Below, piece by piece: positions 46,640 to 58,972 of a stretch of 64,000 nt of DNA; within the stretch, counting starts at the first letter, position 1, and each line of letters begins with the position of its first letter. The DNA lies in NCBI GenBank assembly GCA_051362555.1, contig CM120643.1, positions 16,930,848 through 16,994,847 of the forward strand, read 5' to 3'. The DNA comes from Lingula anatina. Taxonomy: Eukaryota > Animalia > Brachiopoda. A program made the translations under genes and the position numbers. The notes beneath the pieces are model-generated. The model did no database searches. It was given only the letters and a program-made list of their open reading frames with translations, and was not told the origin of the DNA.

Positions 46640-49600
46640 CACTCTTACAATATCCCAAAGTCAGGTTCACAAAACCAGGTACAAATTTATTATTCTGTTT
46701 TTTTTTTTTTTAGAATGTTTTTTTTTTATTTAGAGAACAATTACAATCACAACAAGGGTGACTTCAGTGGCTGCCAAAAATTGGCCTTCAGGTCCAAGAA
46801 TATGGCAGTTATACAACTGAAATAGCCAAAAATCACTGCAAGCCAAGATTTGGTTTTAACCAGCACAAAACTGATGGATTGGACAGTGACAGTGACAGAT
46901 ATACAACAGACTGGCACATTTACTCGGCCGGAAAATAACTACTGCAAGTTAAGTGAAGTCATTACTGCAGATGTTGATTTAATTTCAATTAGATGAAATA
47001 TGAGAAGTTAAATAGAATGGAATAGACTTCTTTGGTCCCTTTTTGGTTGGGGTGTTTTAGAAAGTTCCATCAGTGTCAGCGAGTGCAACAATCTGAACAT
47101 AAAAGTTAAATGTCACATAACATATTGACTGACTTTGCACGTATTCTCTCTTCTCCAGGAGCGATGTTTTTGAAAGATCCATCAATGCATTGGTAAACGC
47201 TTTGCCTTCAATTAATGGGCTCATCTATAATTTGATGCCATATTTACACAGGACACATACAGGGATTGATTTTTCTTTTTATCTACTACTTTTCATCTTT
47301 ACCTTTCTGAGTGACCCACTGTTAGTTTAATGAGGGATATTCATGAAGTTTTGTACCACTGTTTATTCCTAATACACTGGTTCTGGGGAGTTCAGAAGTA
47401 ATGTGAGAAAACTTGTTGGAAGAACAGCCTGGGTTTTTACATTCGTTTTCTGAAAGTTCTTACTTTTCAGTTTTTCTCACAAAGTCTGCATGTTGAATTC
47501 TAGCCACCTTCCCTGGTTTTAACTTTTTTTTTGTTGATTATCAATGTTACTTTTTTGCACTTGTCTTCAATAATGGAAAGTCTGTTGAATCCTATCCACA
47601 TATTTTTTACCCACAACCTCATTGACGCAGCTTTTTACTTTCTGGTTCTTCTGTCCTCCATCCTGCTATCTTCCTCTCTCCATCCCTCTTTCTTTTAATA
47701 TTTTACAACATAATTCTAGATTCTAGCATACACTTATGGGTGCCTCTGCAGGGGCGGATTTAGGCCGTCTTCTGGGTCTTCCGGAAGACGGTCAGAATTT
47801 CAAGTCTTTTCAAGATTTTATATAGACGGGTATCTAACTTTTTCTGTCGGAAGACGGTCAAAAATGAGGATGGATCAACAAAGATAATTTGGAAGACTGT
47901 CAGAAAATATATCTGGATCCGCCCCTGCCTCTGCATGCCCCCCCCCCCCCCCCCCCCCAACCCTGTACCAGAAAAAGTTCTGCTCTGGGTACATTTAAAT
48001 TAAGGTGCATGAAGGTTTCACAGTAAAAAGGTCCACTTTTTCATAAAAAGACCCTTCCCCCTTGAAATTGCGAGCTATAAGCCCACCTAACGAGAATGAA
48101 CTTCTTCTCAGAACTCATTTCAAGTGCAATACTATAAGCCTCCACTGATAAGAAACAACGCAGTCTCTCACTCCCCTTTCATTTAGGACCTCGTACACCA
48201 TCATTACAGTCCTTTTCAAATCAAAGAAATACAGAGTGGACATTAGATCTTCATCCCCCAGGGCCATTCATCACGGTCGTTTGAGCAAAAATGACAAACG
48301 AGACAAAGAGCAGAGGCTGCTTATGGAATGATAGTTGGCAGTGATTGTACAGGCAGATAGCTTCTATAATAGTCGTAATTCTATGTTATTATAACATAGA
48401 CAGCAAGGAGGTTGTGGAGATATCATTCAATTACTATATTACCTTCTTCCTCAATATTCTTCATGGTTTGTCATGATGATGGCACCAAAAATAGCTGTAA
48501 CATTGAACCCCACTATTTTATGTTTAAATTTAGCATGATGTCTGAATATAATAATGGTTTTACTTGGAGCATTAGGTTAAATTTAACATGAACTTGAGCC
48601 TAATGCTTTTAAAAATATGGTTGTACTTCAAGGCTGACAATAACAATGATAGTTCTTTAAGTAAAATAGACAGCATACAAGATTGTAATGGTCTAAATCT
48701 TCCTTATTTTTCTTTTTAGAAAGCCTAATGTCTTAAAACAAATTACACTCAGTCACAAGATGCAGCATAGGTGAAAGTGTTAGTTAATCACTTTCCGTCT
48801 TTTCCATTTTAAATAATTTCCTTCCTTGAGCTGGCTGTGTTCAGAATAGACCTATTTTAGCAGAGATTCCAAAATGAACAAAATGAAGCAACATGAACAA
48901 CATCATAGACTACAAAGTTTGTCCTGACTTTACCAGGTACATCAAGTTAGGAGGGGGTGTGCCAGACAGTTAAGCTGATTACATTGACTACACCTTAGCA
49001 AGAATCCCTGTGGAGATAGATCGATCCTGCTAGTACTATAACCTCTATTCTCAACACAATCTTAATCTTCCTTTTTTTTTTTAGAAAGACTTTTAAGTTC
49101 AAACAAATTACACTCAGTCACAAGATGCAGCACTGGTGAAAGTGTTAGTTAATCACTTTCTTTTTTTTTTCCTTTTTAAATATATTTCTTCCTGGAGCTA
49201 TTTGCAAAGATATAAATAACATTTGACAGTATCAGTGCAAACTGTGCATAATGTTCCCTTGCATTTTTTCCCTCTAAAAGATATTTCCATGTGTCACTCA
49301 GTGAAAATACAAAGACGATATCCATATCGTGTTGGAGCCACCCCCCTCTCTCCTGGTGGTAATAGAACAGTGCTGTCTTTCTAAACAATTCTCCATTCTG
49401 AAGATCTGATGTGGATTATCTAACACACTTAAATAACAACAAATAGCTAATGCAAGTCAGGTTTCTCCAACACTCCTGTGCATGCAGTGAAAAATGCACT
49501 GCAGTAAGAAAAAAGTTACCACTCCCTTTGGATGTCACCGTTATTCAAGGATTTCCGTTAACATCTCTGAGTTTTTATTAGTAAAGATCTTATGAACGAA

Positions 49601-52600
49601 AACCAAATAAAGTTGCACCTCTTTGCATTTTCATTTTATGCAGAAAAAGTCAAATAAATGAATAAATAAATACTGCAAATAGTTGGTTGCAATCTTCTAT
49701 ATTTCATGTTTGAAATACCTAATATAGATAAAATTCAAAACATCCTGTCGCAAGATAATACCTGCATACTTCAGTAATTGCTGTTCAAATAATATATATT
49801 GATAACTGATGCCGTTCTATCCACACCCATTTTGAACAGATAACTTAAGTCAACAGTGATGGTTTATCTGTGACTCTCTATCTCTAAAATGTACTCACAT
49901 AGACATCATAATACAGGTCACTCTAACCATGTGAAAAGTTTGACAAATACTTTACACCATTTTACTTTGGGCAAAGAAAAAGAAAAAATTATCACTTGTC
50001 ATTTTATCACTTATTTTCGGTAAAATTGTACATTCCCTGAATGAAACAAGAAGTATTTTAGATAGACTCAAGATCTAATGACCTTGTATTCACTAAGCAG
50101 TTGTCACATCAGCCTATCATAAAAACAATCTAGACATGTGGTGGTTTATTTTTGTACAGAATCTTACCAGCAGTCAAAATAAAGATACAGAACAACATAA
50201 AAACATTCCCACGCTTTCATCCCTTTTTTAGTCACGGCACCAATGATATTTAATATAATGCATACATGCATGACAATATGGGTTCCCTTTAAAATTTTAA
50301 AAAAATTAAATTGCATTGAAAATTATCTTACATAACTATTCCTAAATCATTAAATACCATATAAAATGCATCTTATCTGAAAAAAAAAAAAAATAATAAA
50401 TAATCAACAGTTTCAAACAATACTGGGCTACCCTTGCTGATATCCATCAATATTTATCAGGTATAAACAATAATGAAAGACAAAATTGTTCAAAAAATTT
50501 ATCAGCGTTATTCTTATGTACACATTATTCTAACTTACCTGGAAGAGTTGCAATTCCTGAACTCAACACATCGTAGTTAACATCCAGAACCGACTGCGGT
50601 AACTCTAACCTAGGAGTTGTCACCGTGCCACCATTTTCTTCATCCTCCTCATTTGTTTCTATAATAAAATAAATAACATGCACACCATCAGACTTGGCAG
50701 TTGTCATGTTAAAATTGATCAACTAAGTTGACAGTTGTCTACAGGTATTTGTTCTTTTGCAGATTATTGGAATAGCATCCTTAAAAAGTCCAGAATATCC
50801 ATCGTTTTAGTCTGTCTTTGAAAATAAGCCTAGCTCTGATGTTACACTTTTACTGTCTGTGAAGAAACCATTTCATCTCTGTGTATGATATTATATATTG
50901 TCTGAGTTTCATTCAGTGTAAGTTCATGTTCACAGTCCTCAGTTTATCAAATTTCCTTTGCTATCTGCTAGGACAATTGGCTATTGTTCGATGTTTCAAA
51001 CGGACAATGAATTACTGGTCAAGAATGACCTCAGCAGGACACAAGTAAGGTCAGTTTCAATGGTCCACTATGTGGTATCAAAATACAGCTCCAATTTCAA
51101 TGGTATCACTCCAAAGGTTGTGCAACAGTTGTCAAATTTACAGATTCAATTTCACTTGCAATCCTAAACTGTCCACTCCAGTGATAGTGTTTATGAACTG
51201 CAGATCTAGAGTCAATGACAATATAATATCATATTTTCAGTAACATCCTTGAATAAATCACCATCTCCCTTCACTAGAAGTAAGTTTTTTTCATCTGAAC
51301 TTATAGCTTCACAAGGATTTCCCTTGGTTAACTTCCTTTCGTCCAGACAGACAGATCAAGTATTTCACCATAAATCTTACTTTCTAGACAGGAAATCCAC
51401 AACTGCTTAAAACACTCCCCTTTCTACTTCTCCCTCCTTCTCTCTCTACCACACTTATTTCATTCACGATTTTCAGCCGCCTGCCTCCACTTACTGCTGC
51501 TGATTGTCAATTGGGTCATACCATTTGATTTCCAGTAGGGAGGACAGGTTGGATGTTGGTTTGGTGGGGACGAGTCCATGTTTATAATTAAGTGCATTGC
51601 ATCTGCTGCTGAGATAAAGTTTCAGCAATGAAAAGAACTAACATTTCAACTTTCTTACTAATTCATCACTCACATAAATTAATTTTGCAAGGGCCAGAGA
51701 CCGTCATTGAACCATGGCATTTTGATTGGGGAGGAGGAGGAGGCTACCAAGTTCACAGATGTAATCATTTTTCTATTAACTACTCTTCTCTCACTTAAAA
51801 CAGATTGAAATTAATTTTGGACAAATTATTAACAATTTAGTTGAAAAAAAAAAAAACGAATTTTTTAAATTTTGCTTTGGTCAGATTCATCGACTGAAGG
51901 CCATGGATGAAAAGTTTATGTTAGTTTAAGCCCTGGAATGGACAGACTAACAAGGCAGAGATTGCATAGTAACTGACCAACACTAAGTACTGTTAAGCAC
52001 CTTCATTGATTGAAAACTATTGATGTTTTCCACAATGTTGCTTTTGCAAGGCCCTTATGTCCAAGGAAATGCACCAATGCCAATAAACTAATGTAAGATT
52101 GTAGAGGTTTATCAAAGATGGGAGCGATCCAAAAGTGATGTCCAAAAGTGCTGCTAGGTATAGAAGAAAGAACATAAACAAATATGCAATGAAACTGCCA
52201 GCATATTTGATTGACACATAATAAATTGTTATTGGGAAGCTTTGAATGCTATGTGATTTTGGACATTGTTTGTATTGTATAATGTAATCAATTTTGATAA
52301 AATAAATTTGCAATGAGTTTTTTTAATCATTAGTGTGTATTCTACCATGAGTTGCACAATGCCTTTTTTTCCAACAAGGGTAACCAACTTTTAATGAAAT
52401 AGTCCTAATCCTTTTTCAAATCACATGGATAAGCCTGCTGCATAATCAAAACAATTTGTAAAAAAGACAATGATGTTGTTTAACAACCATTCAATCATGT
52501 GTAATGAAATCCATTCTTCTTTCATGAAATATTGTTAATTCATTATGGCATTGTCCCAATTTAGATGATTAAGTCACTCCCATTTGTTATGAATCTTGAC

Positions 52601-53948
52601 AATGATTAAAATTTTCTATGCTAAACAACCATGGAGATTGGGCAAAAATTTCATTATCGAAAAACACAATACAATTAAGAAAAATTCAATTAGAAAAACT
52701 GGAAAATTAGTACAGAAAATGAACACTGAATGTAAATTCAATTCATACCAAATATGATATCATTATCATTAACAGTGTTGGAGTTGAATTCAAATTCGGA
52801 AAACAATACCAGAGCATCTTTCCCTTTAAAAATGAGCATCTCACTGGAAGGAGGGTTTTCTTAAAGATAATATTCCTATATTCAACTACATCATCTTCTC
52901 AAAAGTAAGAGTAATTCAATTCTCATCCAGACAAACTGGATTTCTTTTAATTTCAGACTGGGTTAGAGTTAAACAAAGGAGCCCAATAAATCCTACGGCA
53001 CCTGAAATAACCCGGTCCCCAAGCTCTGACACCATTTATTAACACACTATTTGAATTTATCACATGCCATGTAATAAAAAATTGGATCCAACTAAGGCCT
53101 CTCTAAGATTTACCACCCAAATTTTAAAAAATCATATTCAACAATTCATTTTTCAATTTACATGAGAAGGAAGTCTCGCATCTATCAAATGAAATTCTCA
53201 TACACTATTGTCAATGATTACCAATGTATTCTGAAAAAATAAATAAATAAATATCAATGAACATTCCAGACCTACCTACCTACCTGTCCCCCCTTCTTTC
53301 CCTCACCCTTTGGTTCACTTATTCTAGGTCCATACCTGAGCAGCTTACCTGTGCAATAGAAGTCTAATTAACACCTCTGTTATCAGGGCTCACTGATAAG
53401 CCACTGGTGGAGGACTGCACCCCCCCCCCCCTTAAATAAGACTGCTCTAAACTTTACTCTGAAAGTAAGGGCTATTAACCCTTTTTTCAGCAATCTAAGT
53501 GAAAAAACATTTTGTGAAACATCCTCCTTGCTCATAAAATACCTGAGAGAAGGGTTACGGGGGGGGGACTAGATTGAGGTCATTGGGCAGAAAAAATATT
53601 ATTTCTCAGCCTGCGATAGTAAGTCTGTCTACAGAAAAGCAACGTATCAAAATGATGCTGACAGTGGGTGGAAAAACAGGGAGAAGATTGACTCGACATG
53701 ATCTCCATAGTGTTATCAGCAACTGCATTTTTCACACCTATCGTGAGAACACAATCACATCCCTAGATAACCATGCTCCTGCTCTCAGCAGGCACACTGT
53801 GGGTCAGATCTTCACCTAAAGATACATATCTCTGTATAACAATATACACTTCACTAGTACATTTTTTATACTAAATACTAAAAATATTCTTATTATCTTG
53901 AGGAGAAAAAAGGAGAATGTTTGAACAATTTTTGCTTGGATGAGATGG

Positions 53949-53987
<39 letters not shown>

Positions 53988-55714
53988 TTAAATAGCCACC
54001 AGTTTTACAATGCAAAACCTTACATTCTCTCTTTAATAAGGTGGACTTTTACTGGTCCGGTGAGAGTCCATTCACTATGACACACTATCTCATGTTCCAG
54101 TGTCAGTTTAATTGCCACCCAAATATTGAATGCACCTAAAACTCCCCTGTAAACACCAAGTGTGTCAGGTCCAGTTTAATCCTGTCAAGTTACAATTAAT
54201 AGATGTGGTTTAGATAAGATAGAAACAATCAAGAACAAATTATGGCTGTCACCTCTTATTAAGAGAAGTATGGAAATTGAAGGGCACTGGTTAAGGCTTA
54301 GGTGATGAAGGTTATAAGGTTATGTTTTCATAAGCATTCAGTGCACTAATAGTATCATTCTTTAAAAAAAGTTTTTGCCAAACATTTTCTATTGCTTTAA
54401 TTCCCTTCACAAATAAGATTCTTTAAATATTGACAAATATATCCATAGAAGCACTGTTATTTAGTGTATCTATTTAACACCCCCTTTCTCACAATTCTCT
54501 AGAGGAATTTGTATTTCAAGCAATGTGTCTCGATACATGTGAATAACAAATGCTCGTTGACATATCATGCTTCCGACAACATGTTAATGTTCCCAGGAGA
54601 CAAATCATTTAACAATTTCCACCACCTGTGCATTAGTGCATTGGAGAAAATCTTATCAACATATCAAAGTTTCAGTGGTACTTTGAATTTGGGATACAAA
54701 TGTACCTATCCTTCGTTTTAAAATGATTAAGCCATCTGAGCTTGTTCGACAGCCTTGTTTTATTACTAAATAGCATATTAGGGAGTCATTTGTGTCCAAT
54801 CTAGGTTTTGGATCAGGTAGAAAAGTCTGTATTCAGTAACTGTTACCAAAAAGAACATGGGAAGTAGATAGATTAAAACATGGTCGCAATTGCTCCTCCC
54901 TTTCTGACAACATAAAGTCAAGATAGCTTTGTTCTTCTTATTTCCAATATTTATGATTTTCTAGGGCATACATTTTTAAAAGCAAATTCCACCTATTATT
55001 TCAATCTGCTTGATTCATCTTGAGTAAATTTTAATAACAGGAACAGATATATGTACAGGTAGAGACAGCCAAGATAAAATGACAATGTGCAATTTCCTTT
55101 TAAAAATCATGGAAAATTCAAGATTGTTATCACTCCTCATTATTTGACTGGAATTTTACTTCAGATTTCTTTTTTCAAAAACATTAGCAAAAGTACGATT
55201 TATCAACTACATATCATCATGATACCAACTTACCAGTACTGTTTTCCTGTACTACGCTATCCACAATGGCGGCAATGGGAGACTGATATTCGGCACTTCC
55301 AGACACCACCTCGTCCCAGCGTAATCTCTGGACTCCCTGTTCCACCGCCAAGAGGCAATGGCGGAGCACGACACGCAAATTACTCCCATCATCCTTCAGT
55401 GTATATATCCCAGACATCTTGAATAAATTGCGGACGTCTTCAATACCGATATCCTGAAGTTGATCATTTGGTGAGGAGTATCGCAAAACTAATCCAATAT
55501 CGGCACTGTTGTTACTGCTGGAGCTGTCTTTATGGTTGCTGTTGTCGTTTTCAATAACATCAACGCTGTCTTTAATATTGCATTTTAAACAAAGGTAAAA
55601 GTCACCGTCCCGTAGTAAGTTCCTAGGTGGATCGTTTAAATGGATAATGACACAGTTTTCCCAGCACAACGGCCAGCCTTTATGTGCACTTGCCAAGTGA
55701 GTGGAAATATTAGC
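15268..55714 (-). CDS. PLEKHG4: Puratrophin-1-like Rho guanine nucleotide exchange factor (PLEKHG4/PLEKHG4B/ARHGEF40 family: N-terminal family domain, Sec14-like, spectrin repeats, DH, PH); true first exon not certain
   Basis: Minus-strand exons with matching phases: 55234-55714 (HKGWPLC...LLRDGDFYL), 50539-50658, 33553-33676 (joined: SGIATLPGSRDSRGG), 32655-32754, 31997-32101, 29610-29726 (RQLPIELGGYFSYNHEDWITFR), 26705-26955, 26273-26411, 25758-25880, 22168-22362, 19838-20838, 19377-19523, 18702-18951 (EMVQTERDYVQSL, IFGNIEKIYQFH), 18427-18516, 17832-17975 (YLLKPVQRMGKYALLL), 17298-17546 (QLRHGNDLL, RHVFLFEDLILFSK), 16841-17018, 16533-16649, 15996-16214, 15514-15665, 15268-15273 (GTA TAA). 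One-to-one orthology among the vertebrate paralogues cannot be fixed without phylogeny. Confidence 0.9.
16841..18951 (-). other. DH-PH catalytic module of the RhoGEF (five exons)
   Basis: Dbl-homology CR1 (EMVQTERDYV) and CR3 (LLKPVQRMGKYALLL) motifs, followed by a PH domain ending in KNAWVRDISRIL. Confidence 0.92.
25501..25701. mobile_element. Fold-back MITE-like element with long imperfect terminal inverted repeats
   Basis: Left TTTCCAGAGATTAGATCGATCTA versus reverse complement of right end TTCCCAGAGCTTTTAGATCGATCTA; imperfect pairing continues inward to CTGTCAG/CTGACAG; perfect palindrome TAGATCGATCTA at 25512-25523 and 25677-25688; CpG-rich relative to flanks. Confidence 0.65.
26479..26528 (+). 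repeat. (TAAA)n microsatellite
   Basis: About 12 tandem copies of ATAA, read directly. Confidence 0.95.
27190..27567 (+). repeat. Diverged tandem duplication, period about 238 bp
   Basis: 27190-27325 and 27428-27567 share AAATTAATAGTTTAAATTCCA.ACCATTTTC and AAAAGAAAAGTCAA.TG.GTTCATCGGTACA. Confidence 0.8.
27653..27748 (+). repeat. 48 bp tandem duplication
   Basis: TCAGGATGACCA...CAAAAACTTCAAACAAAGGAATGATG at 27653-27700 and 27701-27748 with 3 mismatches. Confidence 0.9.
28641..28666. promoter_or_regulatory. CCAAT box plus perfect CRE (TGACGTCA): candidate internal promoter
   Basis: CCAAT at 28641-28645 and TGACGTCA at 28659-28666, upstream (minus sense) of a candidate first exon at 28470-28520. 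Confidence 0.4.
33274..33298 (+). repeat. (TG)n microsatellite
   Basis: Direct read. Confidence 0.95.
39985..44778 (+). repeat. Higher-order satellite array: 146 bp monomer A and ~345 bp block B in order A4-B-A2-B-A9-B-A2-B-A5-B
   Basis: Monomer period 146 (e.g. GCAAAGTTCAG at 43097 and 43243); B blocks at about 40530-40878, 41153-41500, 42752-43096, 43372-43717, 44430-44778; identical short ORFs in the track recur at 40620/41243 and 42842/43462. Confidence 0.95.
45335..45379 (+). repeat. (CCGGCGGAR)5 GC-rich tandem repeat in the Helentron terminus
   Basis: Five 9 bp units read directly. Confidence 0.95.
46606..46636 (+). repeat. (AAT)n microsatellite
   Basis: Direct read. Confidence 0.95.
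47749..47927. mobile_element. 179 bp MITE with TIRs and target-site duplication
   Basis: TIR CAGGGGCGGAT / ATCCGCCCCTG; flanking direct repeat CCTCTG at 47743-47748 and 47928-47933; internal motif GGAAGACGGTCA repeated three times (one with a mismatch) plus inverted partial copies. Confidence 0.9.
48696..49160 (+). repeat. ~100 bp direct repeat pair (48696-48795 and 49064-49160)
   Basis: Shared AAACAAATTACACTCAGTCACAAGATGCAGCA..GGTGAAAGTGTTAGTTAATCACTTTC. Confidence 0.9.
53952..53984 (+). repeat. (TC)n microsatellite
   Basis: Direct read. Confidence 0.95.
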
Positions 55715-57130
55715 CTGCAAAGAACGAAAGAATAAGATTTATCAAATGGCTCTCTCTCTCACATCATAATACATTCCTTGATTCTAGATTGTCTGCCTAA
55801 CGTCACCTTTTTTTACCCCTCCTCTACACTGATGTTCTTGATACAGACAGTGCAAGTCTGGGCCTGAAATTAATAGTTTGTTTTACATACTTCAAGTTAA
55901 GAAGAAGAAAAATCAGAATAAGCACCAAATTCAACACTACTGCTTAATATCAGTATTCTGTTGGAAATAGCATCTAAAACCACGCCATTACAAAAACAAT
56001 AACAACTGTTACAATAAAAATAACTGATCATCCAATTTCAATTCTGTGGCCATAAGATTAAGTTCAATATCTTTTAATCATTCATCAAAATGACATACAG
56101 AGAGAAAATGAACAACATATCAAACAAATAAATAAAACCCTGTATCCTTTACTTTCCATGCTACTTATCATAACAGGATTCATATTGAGTATTAGCATGT
56201 CAACTTCACATAACCTACCACATTAGGACAAACAGGGATAATATTATTGCACAGATCTGTAAAATGAACTCTTTAAAAATGTTGCATGGATGTTCTATGT
56301 TGCACTTCTCCATATTTGGTAACTAGTGTTTGGGAACTTTGTGGCAATTTTCCCTCCTTAAGAATTATTCACCCCGTGTTTCAGTTATTACCAGAAACTA
56401 ATCTCTACGATCAGCTGAAATGGTCATTTCTCTGTAGTCTTTGAGACTTGAGATGAAACTAGTGTGTTTACTCGCAATTTTCCTCTTGAACATTACTGGT
56501 GAAACCCATTGAATCATCAAGCAAAGAAGATGAGTAAATACGACCATTAACCCACTTAGCATCAACTTTTGCCAACTTAATCAAATCTTAATGAGAAGCC
56601 TACATTGCAATGATTCCGTCATCAAATGTAAGAAATGGAAATCATCTGATCAACAAGTGAGCACTTCTTATATGCGTACTTAACACAAACATTCCCACAC
56701 ATCAACATCTAAAAACACGTACACACATGCATGCACGCACATTTGTGCACACACCCACACACAGTGGTATTCATTTGATATGACTGATGAATACAAATAA
56801 CTTCACAATCTCCATCTAATAATGAGAACCTGTATGTGCTGCATTCATTAAAACTTAAATCACATCTTTCCTCAACCATCATAAATCATAAACCTTATAC
56901 CTAGTAAGTGGTTTTTCACCTGACTTTAAAGGCACGGCTCTATTTTTTGTGTCTCTTAAAGGTGAACAATATTAATAAACTGCACTACAGCTTCCATGCA
57001 TCATAGTCACTTTAGTGTACACCAACCAGTTAAATTAGAAAACTCCTTCAGAAGGTCACAAATATCCAGCAAAGTTATTCCTATAATAATATTCCACAAC
57101 CATTTGATAAAAAAAAATATCTAAAAAGAA

Positions 57131-58972
57131 ATACCTTGGAAACTACAGAAGAGAAAAAGGTGCCTCCTATCTCCCAGCCAGCCTGAGTGGGACAAGGTCT
57201 TCTCTCAGAGACAGAGTCATCTCTTGGTAACAATTCTGACTGGACTCAACTTTTACAGTACTACCAGTAATGTAATAAAAATCTAAGACAAGTGTGGTGC
57301 AGTATGATATTAGAACTATTACCACAAATTATATGACAGGCTTGAAATCTAATACTGTTCTTCTTGTCTAACCAATTTCTTTCCTAGGTATCATATAAGG
57401 CAGGAAAAACCATCTTTGCCTTCAAATGTCAAATAAAACGTACATATACAAGTCAGTCCACTATATCACCTACAGCACTGACAGTGAAACCTAAGTCTCG
57501 TGTCTCCTCAAATGTCCTTACACAGGTTTTATATGTCATCAACAACATGTAGTTTACCCAATACTTTGCCTGCTGTTTATCCTGTGTAGCCTTGCATTTC
57601 TCACAGCAATTTCCGTGTCAAGAGAGACACCGTAGAGATGACACTGGCAAGCATTGTCCCCTCCACAAATCTACCTGTTAGGTCTTGTAAACTGATCACC
57701 TTGGTGTGACACACGTGTATTTGGATCAGATGTCAAATTGGGTATATATTACCTCGCCCAGAGTCTCATTAAAGATGCTTGATTAAGTAAAGGGATAGGT
57801 CTGGCCTCCTAAATGATAGGATCTGTCAACATTGACCCCAGACTTACAGGGAAAGGGAGGCAAATTTGACCATCTGTCATTCCAGGTGATTGACACCTGC
57901 AATTTTCATATCAATGTCAATATATAAGTGTAATCCTATGAAAGTACACTTCTCCATATGGCATTAATAAGGCTGAATAGATCTACAAATATTATCCAGG
58001 TCATCTTTATTTAATTTTTTAGTCCCATCTGTTATTTCTCTTTTTTTGCCTTACTGGTCTCTCTCTCTCTCTCTCTCTCTCTGTGTTCAGACTTGCCATC
58101 AATTCCAAAGGAAAGAGAGATAAGGTATTTCAATCAGACCACAACAGACAGTTTACTCCTTTTTTTGTCCACCTGTTGTCTCAGTCAACAAGTTTTTCAA
58201 CTTACCTGTTATGTTTTCCAACCTTAGATGATCACAACAACCGCCATGGTAATGCATGGATCAGTGGAAGAGTAACTCTGATTTGAGTAGAAAGAAAAAC
58301 CCAAAACATCCTCATATTCCATTATAGGTCACTGTCATTTTACTCAGTTCTTCAAACCTTGATTACAAAACTACTGTTGAGGCAAAGTAGATCAGCAGAG
58401 GACTAACTTCAAATCGAAGCTGACCGAAAAACCACTGTTCTCTTTGAATAGGTCACTATACACACTCCTGTGGTAGTCAACAAGCAGGTGTATAAGGCAC
58501 ATGTCAGAGTACACAAATGGAGAGAGAGAGAGAGGGAGAGAGAGGTGACTTAACTTTAACTCTCCTGTCCCGTTCCACCTGTCACCTCAGAGGAATAATT
58601 CATGTCACATGTTGTAACACCTTGGAAAAGTCTGAGTCACCTGAGGCGCTATGTAAGGTGACAATGTTACATGTATACTAAACCGTCAAAATGTGCACTG
58701 TTTAGATGTGTGTTGTAAGCCTTATGTGACAATGAGGGAAGTGTCAGTTTATGAAAGGGACATCCCAACTTTACTCCTCCGTAACATCTATGGCCTCCAT
58801 GATAAAATCTTGCGCCTTCTGTTCTTTCCTGTTGATTTAAAGAGAGTCAAGATAATAAATGGAGCAGCTCAGCTCTTTTTTCAAGTTCTATTTTTTAGGG
58901 ATGAAGAAATACAGAAGCTTTGAGGAATATACCTTGGAAACTACAGAAGAGAAAAAGGCACCTCCTATCTCC
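57131..58972 (+). repeat. 44 bp direct repeat pair 1.8 kb apart (57131-57174 and 58929-58972)
   Basis: ATACCTTGGAAACTACAGAAGAGAAAAAGG(TG/CA)CCTCCTATCTCC, 42 of 44 identical. Confidence 0.9.
58059..58082 (+). repeat. (TC)n microsatellite
   Basis: Direct read. Confidence 0.95.
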
